64,000 bases of DNA, from positions 96,001 to 160,000 of IMG/VR virus record IMGVR_UViG_3300049141_000098; one strand, given 5' to 3'. Position 1 is the first letter of the stretch, and the number at the start of each line of letters is the position of its first letter. Position numbers and translations under genes: made by a program. This stretch comes from a virus. Taxonomy: Duplodnaviria > Caudoviricetes. This document shows positions 9,748 through 19,228 of the stretch, piece after piece. The notes under the pieces were generated by a model. The model was given only the letters and a program-made list of their open reading frames with translations, was not told where the DNA came from and made no database searches.

Positions 9748-10761
9748 ATGGGCGAGAAGGCAACGTTTCACCTCGGTGATGACTGGGTGGCCCTGTTGGA
9801 GCTGAAGCCCGCAGCGCGCACCGTCTACGGGATTCTTCGGTGCAACGCAGCCTTCGGACGGGCTGGCGTGGCCACCCACACGGTGCATGTGACCAGCTCA
9901 TGGTTCACGGAGATGACGCAGCACTGGAAGAGTCCACTCACGCCGCCAACCGTCCGGCGCGGCCTGAACGAGCTGATCGAGAAGGGCGTGCTGCTGCGGC
10001 TGAACGACCCTCAGGACGGCTCCGGCTTCGTCCTCGCCTTCGTTACCGATCCCGGCCAGCAGTACGACGGCCCCGTCAACGGCTTCGAGCATGCGAAGAA
10101 GGTCTCCAAGAGGTGCGGCACCCGGGCGTACTACGTGCGACGGGATGAGGTTCCGGGGATTCCGTCGGTGACTGGCGTGCGCCGGGACAAGGGCCGGAGC
10201 CGCAAGGTTCCCGCCCCTGCCCCCCGGCAGAGCATCGGCGCCGATGAACCGGACTTCGAGGAAGCAGACTTCAATGAATTCGACGATCCGGACTTCGGCA
10301 TGGAACCCCCGCAGGGGGGCGACGGTCCTGCCGAGGTGAAGCTGGACCCCCTGGATGCCGAAGCGGAGGCGCTCGCCGAGGCCCTGGAACGCAAGACGGC
10401 GCGGTTGAACGTGACTGGTCATCGCCTGACGCGGGATCAGTGTCGCATCGTGGCTCGTGAATGCGCTCCAGCTCTTGCACTGGGATGGGACCCGGCTGCG
10501 CTGGCGCAGCGTATGGTCAGCCAGATGGGCCCGAAGATCCACAGTCCACTCCTGTTCCTGCCGAAGAAGGCGGTGGAACTGGGCGCCCCTCCGGTGTCGC
10601 AGCCGTTCCCTGTCCAGACCCGCCGCGAGGTGCCCAAGCCGGAGCAGCCCGCCGCCCCCACGCCGGAGGAGGCTGCCAGCGGCGTGGCCGGACCCGGCAT
10701 GCAGAAGCTCCACGAGTTCCTGACTGGACGTCGTGCCAAGAATCCGGGGAACAAGGACTGA
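9748..10761 (+). CDS. putative replication initiator (N-terminal winged HTH, acidic linker)
   Basis: DDWVALLELKPAARTVYGIL...TVRRGLNELIEKGVL; directly upstream of the helicase. Confidence 0.6.
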   Translation: MGEKATFHLGDDWVALLELKPAARTVYGILRCNAAFGRAGVATHTVHVTSSWFTEMTQHWKSPLTPPTVRRGLNELIEKGVLLRLNDPQDGSGFVLAFVTDPGQQYDGPVNGFEHAKKVSKRCGTRAYYVRRDEVPGIPSVTGVRRDKGRSRKVPAPAPRQSIGADEPDFEEADFNEFDDPDFGMEPPQGGDGPAEVKLDPLDAEAEALAEALERKTARLNVTGHRLTRDQCRIVARECAPALALGWDPAALAQRMVSQMGPKIHSPLLFLPKKAVELGAPPVSQPFPVQTRREVPKPEQPAAPTPEEAASGVAGPGMQKLHEFLTGRRAKNPGNKD

Positions 10762-10787
10762 CACTGGCCTAGGCCATGCGGTAGTGT
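10758..10787 (+). promoter_or_regulatory. housekeeping-sigma-type promoter with GGCCTAGGCC in the spacer
   Basis: CTGACA (10758-63), 18-bp spacer containing GGCCTAGGCC (10766-75), TAGTGT (10782-87). Confidence 0.55.
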
Positions 10788-10849
10788 CGATGGCGCCGCC
10801 CTCAACACTGAAGCGGTTGCCTTGAGTTGAACCAAAGCTGGGAGATGAA

Positions 10850-12256
10850 GTGCAAGAGGCCACCAGCATCCTGGACGCACTGGTCAACCGGAAGGCCGAG
10901 CGCGAGGTCCTCGGTGCTCTCATCGTCTCGGAAGGACACGATCTCGACTGTCGTGATGGAGTACTGAACGCGCTCATCGGCTACGACGACAAGGTGTTCA
11001 CCACTGCTGCGCACAAGGTGATCTACACGGCCATCCGGGCGCAGCATCTGGAGAACCAGCCCACGGATGTTACCGGTGTCGCGTCAAAGCTTCGCGAGAT
11101 GGGCGAGCTGACCACTGAGACCTCTGAGTTGCTCTACAGCATGATGTCCGAGGCAGCCTACCCGGCTAACGCGGAAGACACCGCTCTTGGCATCCTCGGG
11201 CTGTATCAGCGTCGGGAGCTGGGGCGCGTCCTCTCCGAGTGTTCGAAGGATGTGCTGGTCGGGCCCGGCTCCTACGAGGAGATCGCGGCCGACGTCTCGA
11301 TGTCGGTGTCTGCCGTCGTGGACCAGTCGGTCAAGGAAGAGAGCATCATCGACGGCGCGACGGGTCTCGGAGAGACTGTCGGCCAGCTACTCGGATGGAC
11401 CGAAACGCCTCCGAAGGGACTGTCCACCGGGTTCGCCCGGCTGGACGAAATCACTGGCGGCCTGCGCCGGAAGCAGATGTGGATCTGCGCGGGGCGCCCC
11501 GGCCAGGGAAAGACCGTTCTGGGAATCCAGATAGCCCGGCACGTGGTGCGCTTCGAGGGTGTCTCGGTGCTCGTCATCTCGATGGAGATGCCGAAGGCTG
11601 AGCTGTTCAGCCGGGTCATCTCCTCCGAGTGCAACATCCGCCACAAGAAGGTGATGTCCGGCGCGCTCACCAAGGAGGAGCAGCAGAGGGTCGTCGAGCA
11701 CTGGGAAGCGGAGGGGAGGCGGCAGGAGGAGGGTGGCGCCGTCTTCATCGTGGACGACGAGGGCCCGCAGAAGGTCGGGGAGATCTTCCTCAAGGCCCGC
11801 AAGGCGATCAGGGAGCACAACGTCGGCCTCGTGGTCGTCGACTACATCCAGGAGGGGAAGGCAGACCGCCCGACCTTCAACAACACCGAAGAAGTCACTG
11901 AGGTCTCCAAGGGACTCCGGGCCCTGGCCCGCAAGCTGAACATCCCCGTCCTCGCACTGGCCCAGCTCAACCGCGCCGTTTCTGACCGGGCGGACAGCCG
12001 TCCCCGTATCAGTGACCTCAAGCAGAGCGGTCAGATCGAGCAGGACGGCAACGTGATCGTCCTCATCGACAACCCGTCCGCGTCGGACAACAACAACGAA
12101 GGCGTCGACAACTCGGCGGTCTTGATCGTCGGCAAGAACAGGAACGGCAAGAACAACGTCGATGTCGACGTTGAGTTCGACGGTGATTTTGCCCGATTTA
12201 TCGATGGCGAGGCGATCGCAAACCTTGCACAAACCGGTGGGGTGACCGGTTTGTAA
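10850..12256 (+). CDS. dnaB: replicative DNA helicase, DnaB family
   Basis: TGFARLDEITGGL, Walker A GRPGQGKT, ISMEM, VVVDYIQ, LAQLNR, SDLKQSGQIEQD. Confidence 0.95.
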   Translation: MQEATSILDALVNRKAEREVLGALIVSEGHDLDCRDGVLNALIGYDDKVFTTAAHKVIYTAIRAQHLENQPTDVTGVASKLREMGELTTETSELLYSMMSEAAYPANAEDTALGILGLYQRRELGRVLSECSKDVLVGPGSYEEIAADVSMSVSAVVDQSVKEESIIDGATGLGETVGQLLGWTETPPKGLSTGFARLDEITGGLRRKQMWICAGRPGQGKTVLGIQIARHVVRFEGVSVLVISMEMPKAELFSRVISSECNIRHKKVMSGALTKEEQQRVVEHWEAEGRRQEEGGAVFIVDDEGPQKVGEIFLKARKAIREHNVGLVVVDYIQEGKADRPTFNNTEEVTEVSKGLRALARKLNIPVLALAQLNRAVSDRADSRPRISDLKQSGQIEQDGNVIVLIDNPSASDNNNEGVDNSAVLIVGKNRNGKNNVDVDVEFDGDFARFIDGEAIANLAQTGGVTGL

Positions 12257-12281
12257 ACGATTCGGAAGGGTGGGGTGAGCG

Positions 12282-12725
12282 GTGATTGCAGGGGATTTTC
12301 TGACGGTTGACGACCTTGGTCCACTGGGAAGGCTCGTCGATCCCGGCGAGTTGAGGGTCCTGGAACCGAGGGATATCGAGGAAGTCCGGCGGGAGCGGGC
12401 CTGGGTTGGCGAGAAGTACACGGAGGCCGCCCGGCGCGCGGACGCCTACCGCAGACGCATCCGCCGAGGCGGCCTGCTCGGGGAACATGCCGATGAGCTG
12501 CGCGAATGCTTCAGGGCGTGGACCATCGAGGCGGCCAAGCTGTCGCTTTGCGGCCGATGGCTCGCTAGTATCGAACACATGCTCGACAAGGGTGAACAGC
12601 AGGTCATGAAGACCCCCCAGGGCTTCGTGTGGGGTTCGATACCACAAGTGACGGAAGTTGTTCAACGGGTGATCAAAGCCACGGATGATGAGATAATCGG
12701 TGGCGTTGTCTTTCGGGCCAGATAG
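12282..12725 (+). CDS. hypothetical protein
   Basis: ORF in the replication operon. Confidence 0.65.
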   Translation: MIAGDFLTVDDLGPLGRLVDPGELRVLEPRDIEEVRRERAWVGEKYTEAARRADAYRRRIRRGGLLGEHADELRECFRAWTIEAAKLSLCGRWLASIEHMLDKGEQQVMKTPQGFVWGSIPQVTEVVQRVIKATDDEIIGGVVFRAR

Positions 12726-12959
12726 GTTCGGTTGCGCATGGCCGGGTGTCTGTCGTGAGACGGATTGCCTGGCCTCTTTTCACCCTTTCGAGGGACGGAT
12801 GGAGGGCGATTTTCGGGGGATGGGGAGTCATCAGGACGTGTCTTCTGGCCAAGCCCGATACGGCCCGTAGCGCTGGTAGTGCAAGTGGCCCAGGCCATGT
12901 AGTAGCCTGGCCTGGGCGGGAGTTGATGATCGAGTCCCGCCTTCGGAAAGGGTGAAGAG

Positions 12960-13523
12960 ATGAAGATCGTCATGGGGCCCATCACGAGGATGCGCCCTGG
13001 GTGGGGCCTGGAGAAGGGCAAGATGGCCGTCCTCGTCACGAACGACTCGGGCGGGCGGCCGGAGGTACTGGCTGCACAGATCCTGTTCGGCGCAGCCATG
13101 CAGGGGGCCCGGGTTCTGATGCTTCTTCCGCTCGATCGGGAGACTGACGGAACCTGGGAAGCGATGATCAACCTCATGGCCGACGGCAACGCCAAGTTGG
13201 CAGCACAGGCACTGCGAAGCCTCCCGATCTCGCTCCACGCCTGCGGCACCGGCTGGGAAAAAGTTGGCCGAGCCGATCTGGTGTTTGCTCCCGGCCTCAA
13301 TTCACAGGAGATGCGACGGCTGAGCGCACGTACCGAAGCACCGATTCTCGCTGTCGGCAGCGAGTTTGACTGCCAATCACCGAACCGGCCCGTCGAGGTC
13401 ATTCGCGTGGGCGGCGACACCCTCCTGCTCGATTCGGAGGGGTTTGAGATTCCAGTCGTTTACGACCCGAGTGGACCCATCTACAGGGTCCGGCATGATG
13501 AGCCTTGCAGCGCCCTGTCATGA
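12960..13523 (+). CDS. degenerate DnaB/RecA-fold-like protein lacking Walker A
   Basis: GWGLEKGKMAVLVT...LAAQILFGAAMQGARVLML aligns by eye to DnaB GGL..G.L.v.a.RPg.GKT.....A......VL; GKT is absent. Confidence 0.45.
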   Translation: MKIVMGPITRMRPGWGLEKGKMAVLVTNDSGGRPEVLAAQILFGAAMQGARVLMLLPLDRETDGTWEAMINLMADGNAKLAAQALRSLPISLHACGTGWEKVGRADLVFAPGLNSQEMRRLSARTEAPILAVGSEFDCQSPNRPVEVIRVGGDTLLLDSEGFEIPVVYDPSGPIYRVRHDEPCSALS

Positions 13524-13555
13524 ACGAGGCGTAGGCGTCTGGCGGTGAGGAAGGT

Positions 13556-15109
13556 GTGGGGATGACCCAAGGGTCAGGGCTTCGGAACGTTCTTGCTGCA
13601 TTGGACAAGAAGGGGTCTCGCGTGACCCCGCGCGGGGGGTATTACGTCGCCCAGTGCCCTGCCCATGACGATCGGATGGCTTCTCTCAGCGTCTCCCAGG
13701 GGGAGAGCAAGGCGATCCTCAACTGCCACGCGGGTTGCTCCTACGAGGATGTCCGCATCGCTCTCGATCTGCCGAAAACTGCCACCTTCGACAATGAAGG
13801 CAAGGGGAACCGGGGCGGGGGGCTCGCGGCCGACCTGTGGATGCCCTGCCAGGCGAAGAAGAGGGAGTCGGGCGACCCCGAGCCCTGCTCGGGGCACAAG
13901 GCGGCCGAGTACCGGTACACCGACGAGGACGGCAACCTGCTCTATGCGGTAGCCCGCTGCTCCCGCAAGGGCGACGGATGTCCCCAGCCCTTCGCTCAGT
14001 GGGTCCCCGACTCCTCGAAGAGGTTCGGCAAGAGGTGGGGGCTGCCGAGCGGAGTCCGCCGTGTTCTGTACGACCTGCCCCGCGTTATCCAGGCAGCGAA
14101 GGCTGGAAAGCGCATCTGGCTCTTGGAGGGCGAGAAGGACGTCGAGCGGATGAAGGCCGACTTCCCCGACGAAGTCGCCACCACCGCGATGTCCGGCGCA
14201 GGGAAGAGCAAGTGGCGCATGGAGTACACCCGGTGCTTCATGGGGGCCTCCGAACTCATCATCGTCGCCGACTGTGACAAGCCGGGCTTGGAGTATGCCG
14301 AAGAGATCCACAGTCACGCGAGCAAGGTCGTCGAGCGGGTCAAGGTCGTGTGCACGCCCCTCATGGAGGACGGCGCCGACTTCAGCGACCACCGCAACTA
14401 CGGCTTTGGGCTGGACGAGTTCGAGATCGTGCCGTTCGAGGCGATTGAGTATCGCCCCCGGATGGTCATCGAAGTCGAAGAACACCACCGGGCAGAACCG
14501 ATCCTCTTCTCAGGGTTCGACCAGGCGAAACTGGAAGGCGCCCTACTGGGGTCGATGGTCAAGTACGGCCTGCACTACGACATCAGTGAGGCAGACGTCC
14601 GCTCCAGCGACAGGCTGCGCATCGCGGTCAGCGCGATCAGCAAGATCGCCTCCCGGGGTGGGGTCATCACCCCGGAGACCGTGGCCGTCGAGGTCGAGAA
14701 TATGGGCCAAGGGGCGTACGAGCCGGTCCTCGCGTTCCTGCTGGGGCTGGAGCGGAGCGCCTTCAGTGATACCGAGAAGCCGAAGAAGGCTGCCCGGATC
14801 CTGCGCGGCCGGAGCATAAGGGAAGGCGTCGTGCTCGCCTGCCGAGTCATCGAGAGCCACGCCCAGAACGAACGCTGGGAGATCGATCAGGTACTGACCC
14901 AGATGCGCAACATGGCCGACCGCAACATGGAGGAGTACGCCAAGCTGGCCTACTCCGGCAGTTCCAGCCCGGCCGAGGACGCGTTCACGGGGGACATCGT
15001 CGAAGAGGTTGCGCGCGAAGAGGGCATTGCTACGAATTCCACCACGGGTATCGTGCGCGAGCTGCGCCCTGCGGTGGCGCGACGTGAGACGGTGGTGCGA
15101 AGCGGCTGA
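13556..15109 (+). CDS. DNA primase (Zn-binding + TOPRIM) with C-terminal extension
   Basis: CPAHDD..SLSV...CHAGC; IWLLEGEKD; IIVADCDKPG. Confidence 0.9.
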   Translation: MGMTQGSGLRNVLAALDKKGSRVTPRGGYYVAQCPAHDDRMASLSVSQGESKAILNCHAGCSYEDVRIALDLPKTATFDNEGKGNRGGGLAADLWMPCQAKKRESGDPEPCSGHKAAEYRYTDEDGNLLYAVARCSRKGDGCPQPFAQWVPDSSKRFGKRWGLPSGVRRVLYDLPRVIQAAKAGKRIWLLEGEKDVERMKADFPDEVATTAMSGAGKSKWRMEYTRCFMGASELIIVADCDKPGLEYAEEIHSHASKVVERVKVVCTPLMEDGADFSDHRNYGFGLDEFEIVPFEAIEYRPRMVIEVEEHHRAEPILFSGFDQAKLEGALLGSMVKYGLHYDISEADVRSSDRLRIAVSAISKIASRGGVITPETVAVEVENMGQGAYEPVLAFLLGLERSAFSDTEKPKKAARILRGRSIREGVVLACRVIESHAQNERWEIDQVLTQMRNMADRNMEEYAKLAYSGSSSPAEDAFTGDIVEEVAREEGIATNSTTGIVRELRPAVARRETVVRSG

Positions 15110-15134
15110 CACGGCCTAGGCCATTTGCTAGGCT
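15106..15134 (+). promoter_or_regulatory. housekeeping-sigma-type promoter with GGCCTAGGCC in the spacer
   Basis: CTGACA (15106-11), 17-bp spacer containing GGCCTAGGCC (15113-22), TAGGCT (15129-34). Confidence 0.6.
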
Positions 15135-15195
15135 CGGTCGCAGAAGAAACAGAGCCCCGGCGCGCGATGCCGGGGCTTGGGGAAGGAGAAAGACC

Positions 15196-15423
15196 GTGGC
15201 ATACCCCGAACGGGAGACATACCGGGACACATGGTGGGAGGCGCGCCTCAAGGAGGCCGACACCCCCCAGAAGAAGGTCACCGTACTTCAGGGCAAGATC
15301 CTCGCCGACATCTCCAAGCTGCCCGAGCGACACCGGGACGCGGCTCGCGAACTGGCCGCGCACGTGCTGGAGGGACTCGTGGATGAGATCCAGATCAAGG
15401 TCGCCGAGGAGGCCTGGGCATGA
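15196..15423 (+). CDS. hypothetical protein
   Basis: SD GGAAGGAGA; coupled to next ORF. Confidence 0.65.
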   Translation: MAYPERETYRDTWWEARLKEADTPQKKVTVLQGKILADISKLPERHRDAARELAAHVLEGLVDEIQIKVAEEAWA

Positions 15424-15767
15424 TTCGTGTGTCTGCCCGGCATCTCGATCTGCACGCACTGGACCACGAAGAGGAGATTCGCATCCTCGCCGGAACCACC
15501 AGCGTCCAGATCTTCTCGGACGAGCACGCTGGGGACATCTCCATGAACGTCAGGCCGACGGGATCCGGAGACCGGTGGATCGAGCAGGGCGGCGCGAAGA
15601 ACCGCTGGCTGAACCTGGCCTCGCTCATGCCGCTACGCATGTACTGGCTCACCGCCCACCGAACCGACCCGGCCGACCGCAGCAGCGTGGTGATCCAGTT
15701 CCGGGATATCACGCCCGGGGTGTCAAATCCCGACCAGATGATGAGTGGAGCGACCCGCTGTCAGTAG
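15420..15767 (+). CDS. hypothetical protein
   Basis: ATGA overlap. Confidence 0.65.
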   Translation: MIRVSARHLDLHALDHEEEIRILAGTTSVQIFSDEHAGDISMNVRPTGSGDRWIEQGGAKNRWLNLASLMPLRMYWLTAHRTDPADRSSVVIQFRDITPGVSNPDQMMSGATRCQ

Positions 15768-15831
15768 GCGGTGGAAGACTGGCGCGGTGGCCGTAGTCGC
15801 CGCGCATCCCCACTACTTCCTGGAGTCAGCT

Positions 15832-16218
15832 ATGTCTGCCAAGTCCGGAGCCCTGCTCATCACACCTAACGGCGACATTGTGGAGATCGACCTCCCTGCG
15901 GAGGGGCGGGACCGCATGGTCGTGCTGTACGCGGTGTTGCGATGCACGGAGTACGACGTCGTGCGCGTGTCGAGCAGCCTCGATATGTGGATCGACGGCG
16001 AGTACCTGTACAACCACCCCGACGAGCCCAACATCCCGGCCACCTTGTTCCTGACCCACTTCGGCGATGTCACCCAGATGATTTGCGGACCCGTCCTGAT
16101 CACCGGAGGGGCCGACGCCGAGGGGGACACACTGCCCCTCAGCCGACACCAGCTTCTCGCCGTACTCACCAAGCTGGCTGACGGAGCAGAGGACCTGCGC
16201 AGGCGGTTCGGAGTGTAG
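15832..16218 (+). CDS. DUF3846-like protein
   Basis: ALLITPNG...DMWIDGE...N..AT...ICGPVLITGG.D.EG...L pattern. Confidence 0.7.
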   Translation: MSAKSGALLITPNGDIVEIDLPAEGRDRMVVLYAVLRCTEYDVVRVSSSLDMWIDGEYLYNHPDEPNIPATLFLTHFGDVTQMICGPVLITGGADAEGDTLPLSRHQLLAVLTKLADGAEDLRRRFGV

Positions 16219-16518
16219 AAGTATGGCGGAATCGGTCCGCCGAATCGCGGGGGATGTGGAGCAAGAAAGCAACCGGGCGGGGCAGGCAGGGAAGAGCGCG
16301 CCGGATACGACCGTGGGTTGGGGGCTGACCAGTTCGGCTGTGCCGGTGCCAGCGGACAGACCGGCTACACCTGCGTACCCCCGCCCGGTCCCCCTGCGGA
16401 GACTGGGCGCAACGGAAAGACTGCTCCCGGAAAGGAGATGAGAAGTGAATGAATGGTCCGCAACCGACGACATCCTCACCGACGGCACGATCGTCATGAA
16501 GAACGAGCGGTGGGTCCG

Positions 16519-16836
16519 ATGGGTCTGAGCGACCGGGACTACCGGCTGTCGATGTTCACCAGCAGGCGGGCCCGAGAGGAGGGGCGCAACGACGGCTTGC
16601 GATCACTGCTGGTGCACCGCCTGCGCGACGCGTCCAAGGCCGTGCTACGCATCCCCCTCAAGCGCAACCTCGCCAGGGCGGACGACGCGTCCGACTACAG
16701 CGTCTACTGCGAACCCTGTGACGCCTGGTTCGTGCTCGACGACTGGGGTGAAGAGGTTCGCCACAAGAAGTGCGGGCGGCTCTACGCGCTGGAGTTCGCC
16801 GTCTTCTCACTGGTCGAAGAGCCGCCAGAGAAATGA
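16519..16836 (+). CDS. hypothetical Zn-ribbon-like protein
   Basis: CEPC...HKKCG; GC3 bias. Confidence 0.55.
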   Translation: MGLSDRDYRLSMFTSRRAREEGRNDGLRSLLVHRLRDASKAVLRIPLKRNLARADDASDYSVYCEPCDAWFVLDDWGEEVRHKKCGRLYALEFAVFSLVEEPPEK

Positions 16837-16892
16837 CGCAGAAGCCACGACAGCCACCCAGCAAGTCGTTACCCCAGTCGAGGAGACCCTCC

Positions 16893-17234
16893 ATGGATAC
16901 CAGCAAAGCCGAGCCCATCCCCTGGAGCGCCGACGAGTTCGAGGTCGGCGACAAGTTCGCCATCCCGCCGCAGCGCGCCAAGGTGTACACCATCAAGGAA
17001 CGCGCCGAGCGGCGCGGCTTCATCGAGTTCAAGGCCACCCTCTGGAGCGAGATCGACCAGGAGGAATGGGGAGACTTCAGCCTCACATTCCCGGCCGACT
17101 TCCCTCTGTCTGCCCGACGCCGGATCCGCACGATCGTCGCTCCATGCATGATCTGCGGAGAGCCAGGTAAGCACGAGCTGGATACCGCCTACTCCACGTA
17201 CAACAACGGCGTGTGCGGCAAGCACGGGGAGTAG
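16893..17234 (+). CDS. hypothetical protein
   Basis: SD GGAG; C-terminal CMIC...CGKH. Confidence 0.6.
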   Translation: MDTSKAEPIPWSADEFEVGDKFAIPPQRAKVYTIKERAERRGFIEFKATLWSEIDQEEWGDFSLTFPADFPLSARRRIRTIVAPCMICGEPGKHELDTAYSTYNNGVCGKHGE

Positions 17235-17265
17235 AGATGGGTAGGACCGCAATCAAGAACGACGG

Positions 17266-17583
17266 GTGGGCGTGGTGACGGCACCGAACAGGCCCGCGTT
17301 CCCCCTGGTCATCCGGAAGGGGGCCGTATGGTGCTGGGAGCCTCTCAACCCCGCTGAGCGGTGCGAGATCGAAGTGCTCTCTGCGGAATGGACCGGCCAG
17401 GAGTGGTACATCGAAATCCAGGCACTGGAGGATGCCGGTCACATGTGGACCGGCATGCGAAATTGGTACGAGCTGAACTGGTTCGTCGAAGCCTCCGTGC
17501 TCGTGAGCGAACCGAGAGGGGCTGCTCACGACACCAGCAGTCAGGCGATGGCGACGATTGAAGTTGCGTACAGATACGAGTGA
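17266..17583 (+). CDS. hypothetical protein
   Basis: Trp-rich ORF. Confidence 0.6.
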   Translation: MGVVTAPNRPAFPLVIRKGAVWCWEPLNPAERCEIEVLSAEWTGQEWYIEIQALEDAGHMWTGMRNWYELNWFVEASVLVSEPRGAAHDTSSQAMATIEVAYRYE

Positions 17584-17646
17584 ACCGAACTCGCGCATCG
17601 TCGGCGCCCTCGGCCTACTACGTCAGCTCTCAGGGAAGGGGGCACG

Positions 17647-18003
17647 GTGAACAGCGAAAAGATGAGTGACGCCGAACGCGCCGCGATACTTCGAGGCGTG
17701 GAGCGCAGGGAGACCGAGCGGGCGAAGGCCAAGGCGCCCGCAGAGCGCGACCTGATGGAAGCCCTGCTGGCGGCCGACGTACCATTCGAGCGCGCGGTAT
17801 CTCTGGTCGCCGACTCGAACCGTCAGGCCACCCTAGGGACGCAGGCGCAATACGCCGACCTCATCCGGGAGAGTCAGATGCCTCAGTTCCCCAGGGATTC
17901 TGAGGTGTACCGCCGACTCGGAATGATCGCCGACATGCTCGATCCGATGATCGAAGGCGATCCCTGGAAGTTCGGCACGCCGGATGGTCACGCTTCCAGG
18001 TAG
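17647..18003 (+). CDS. hypothetical protein
   Basis: ORF with SD GGAAGGG. Confidence 0.6.
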   Translation: MNSEKMSDAERAAILRGVERRETERAKAKAPAERDLMEALLAADVPFERAVSLVADSNRQATLGTQAQYADLIRESQMPQFPRDSEVYRRLGMIADMLDPMIEGDPWKFGTPDGHASR

Positions 18004-18239
18004 GCGATGATGATGACCGAACCGAGGACGGTGGTCGTGTAGAGCACACGGACACCGTCCTCTTGGTATTCACGCAGCGGCGTTCGTCCGACCAGATCCC
18101 CCAGCCACGGGTTGACCGCAAGGGCCACGATGGCCCGGTCGGCCGCAACCGTTTCCGGTAGAGAGAGCTTCTGGATTTGCTTGTGGGCGATCTCGGTGAA
18201 GACCACCTGAGCCCGGCGGGGCCCGTGCTTAGGCGACAC
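17988..18239 (-). CDS. RelE/ParE-like toxin
   Basis: VVFTEIAHKQIQKL...LAVNPWLG...LREY...VRVLY; 83 aa, overlapping upstream small acidic ORF. Confidence 0.7.
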   Translation of the reverse strand: MSPKHGPRRAQVVFTEIAHKQIQKLSLPETVAADRAIVALAVNPWLGDLVGRTPLREYQEDGVRVLYTTTVLGSVIIIAYLEA

Positions 18240-18459
18240 GCGACCCCGCCACGTTCACTCCGAGGGACCGGTAGTGCGCATCGCGCACCTCTTCCCACGG
18301 CGTGCACTCCGAGACGTCGGGAAGCCCGTGCTCGGCATAATGATCCAGAACATCCGCCAGCGTGACGTCACCGTCAGCCCGCCTGGACTCGGCGGCCTGG
18401 CGGAGGGCCGTGATCTCCTCGGCGTCGAACCCCTCATCGGGCTGCGGTACGTCAACCAT
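18229..18459 (-). CDS. putative antitoxin
   Basis: 76-aa acidic ORF, TPWEEVR motif, overlapping the toxin start. Confidence 0.6.
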   Translation of the reverse strand: MVDVPQPDEGFDAEEITALRQAAESRRADGDVTLADVLDHYAEHGLPDVSECTPWEEVRDAHYRSLGVNVAGSRVA

Positions 18460-18558
18460 GCTGATCCTCCGGCGAACATTCCGAAACGACAGGGAACTTC
18501 ACGGTAGCGCGAACATCGAGATCCTCGCACCCGCTTGAAGTCACGACTCCCCGACCCG

Positions 18559-19029
18559 TCAGTACTCCGGCTCAGGCTCCTCCTGCACCGGGCCCAAAGG
18601 ATCACGGTCGTAGCCCTCGAAGGAGTCGTCGTAGTCGTCATCGACTTCGTCCGGCCCCTCGTCCTCTTCGTCGTAGTACCCCTCGTCATACGAGTCGTCG
18701 TCCTCTTCGAAGGGGCCCTCGGCGAAGTTGGCGTGCCGCCAGCCCGTACACGAGGTCTCACAGCCGCACCCCTTGGCGCACTCTGGGCAGATCATCTCCA
18801 GAGACCAGCCACACGTCTTGCAGAGCACCTGATACCTGGGCTCCGTCTTGATGACGTGCAGGGCGGAGGCGTACGTCGTGACGTCCTGGTAGTGCGTGAT
18901 GGCATCCACGAGCATGTCCCGGTCCTCGTGAGCGAGGATCTTCAGGGCGTCGTGGCGCTTGAGACGCACCGGATCGACACTGTTCTGCAAGGCCGCCACA
19001 GCGATGGCGCGGGCGTGGTTCGCGGTCAC
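18559..19029 (-). CDS. Cys-rich protein with highly acidic C-terminal tail
   Basis: CKTC..CPECAKGCGC..C followed by EEDDDSYDEGYYDEEDEGPDEVDDDYDD. Confidence 0.65.
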   Translation of the reverse strand: MTANHARAIAVAALQNSVDPVRLKRHDALKILAHEDRDMLVDAITHYQDVTTYASALHVIKTEPRYQVLCKTCGWSLEMICPECAKGCGCETSCTGWRHANFAEGPFEEDDDSYDEGYYDEEDEGPDEVDDDYDDSFEGYDRDPLGPVQEEPEPEY

Positions 19030-19228
19030 GGCAGACTCCTTCTGCGCACGATCCCATGACTCGCTGCGCGAAGGCGTCAGCGTGCTGAATAAAAGTGGGA
19101 GATGGTCCGATGCGTAGCACCCCTCGGAGACCCGTTCCGTCATGGGCGGAACGTTCCGGGACCTGGACCTGGCCCACGACCCACTGGCCGCATATCCAAT
19201 ATAGCGCACTAGCTACGGAGTTGAGGGG

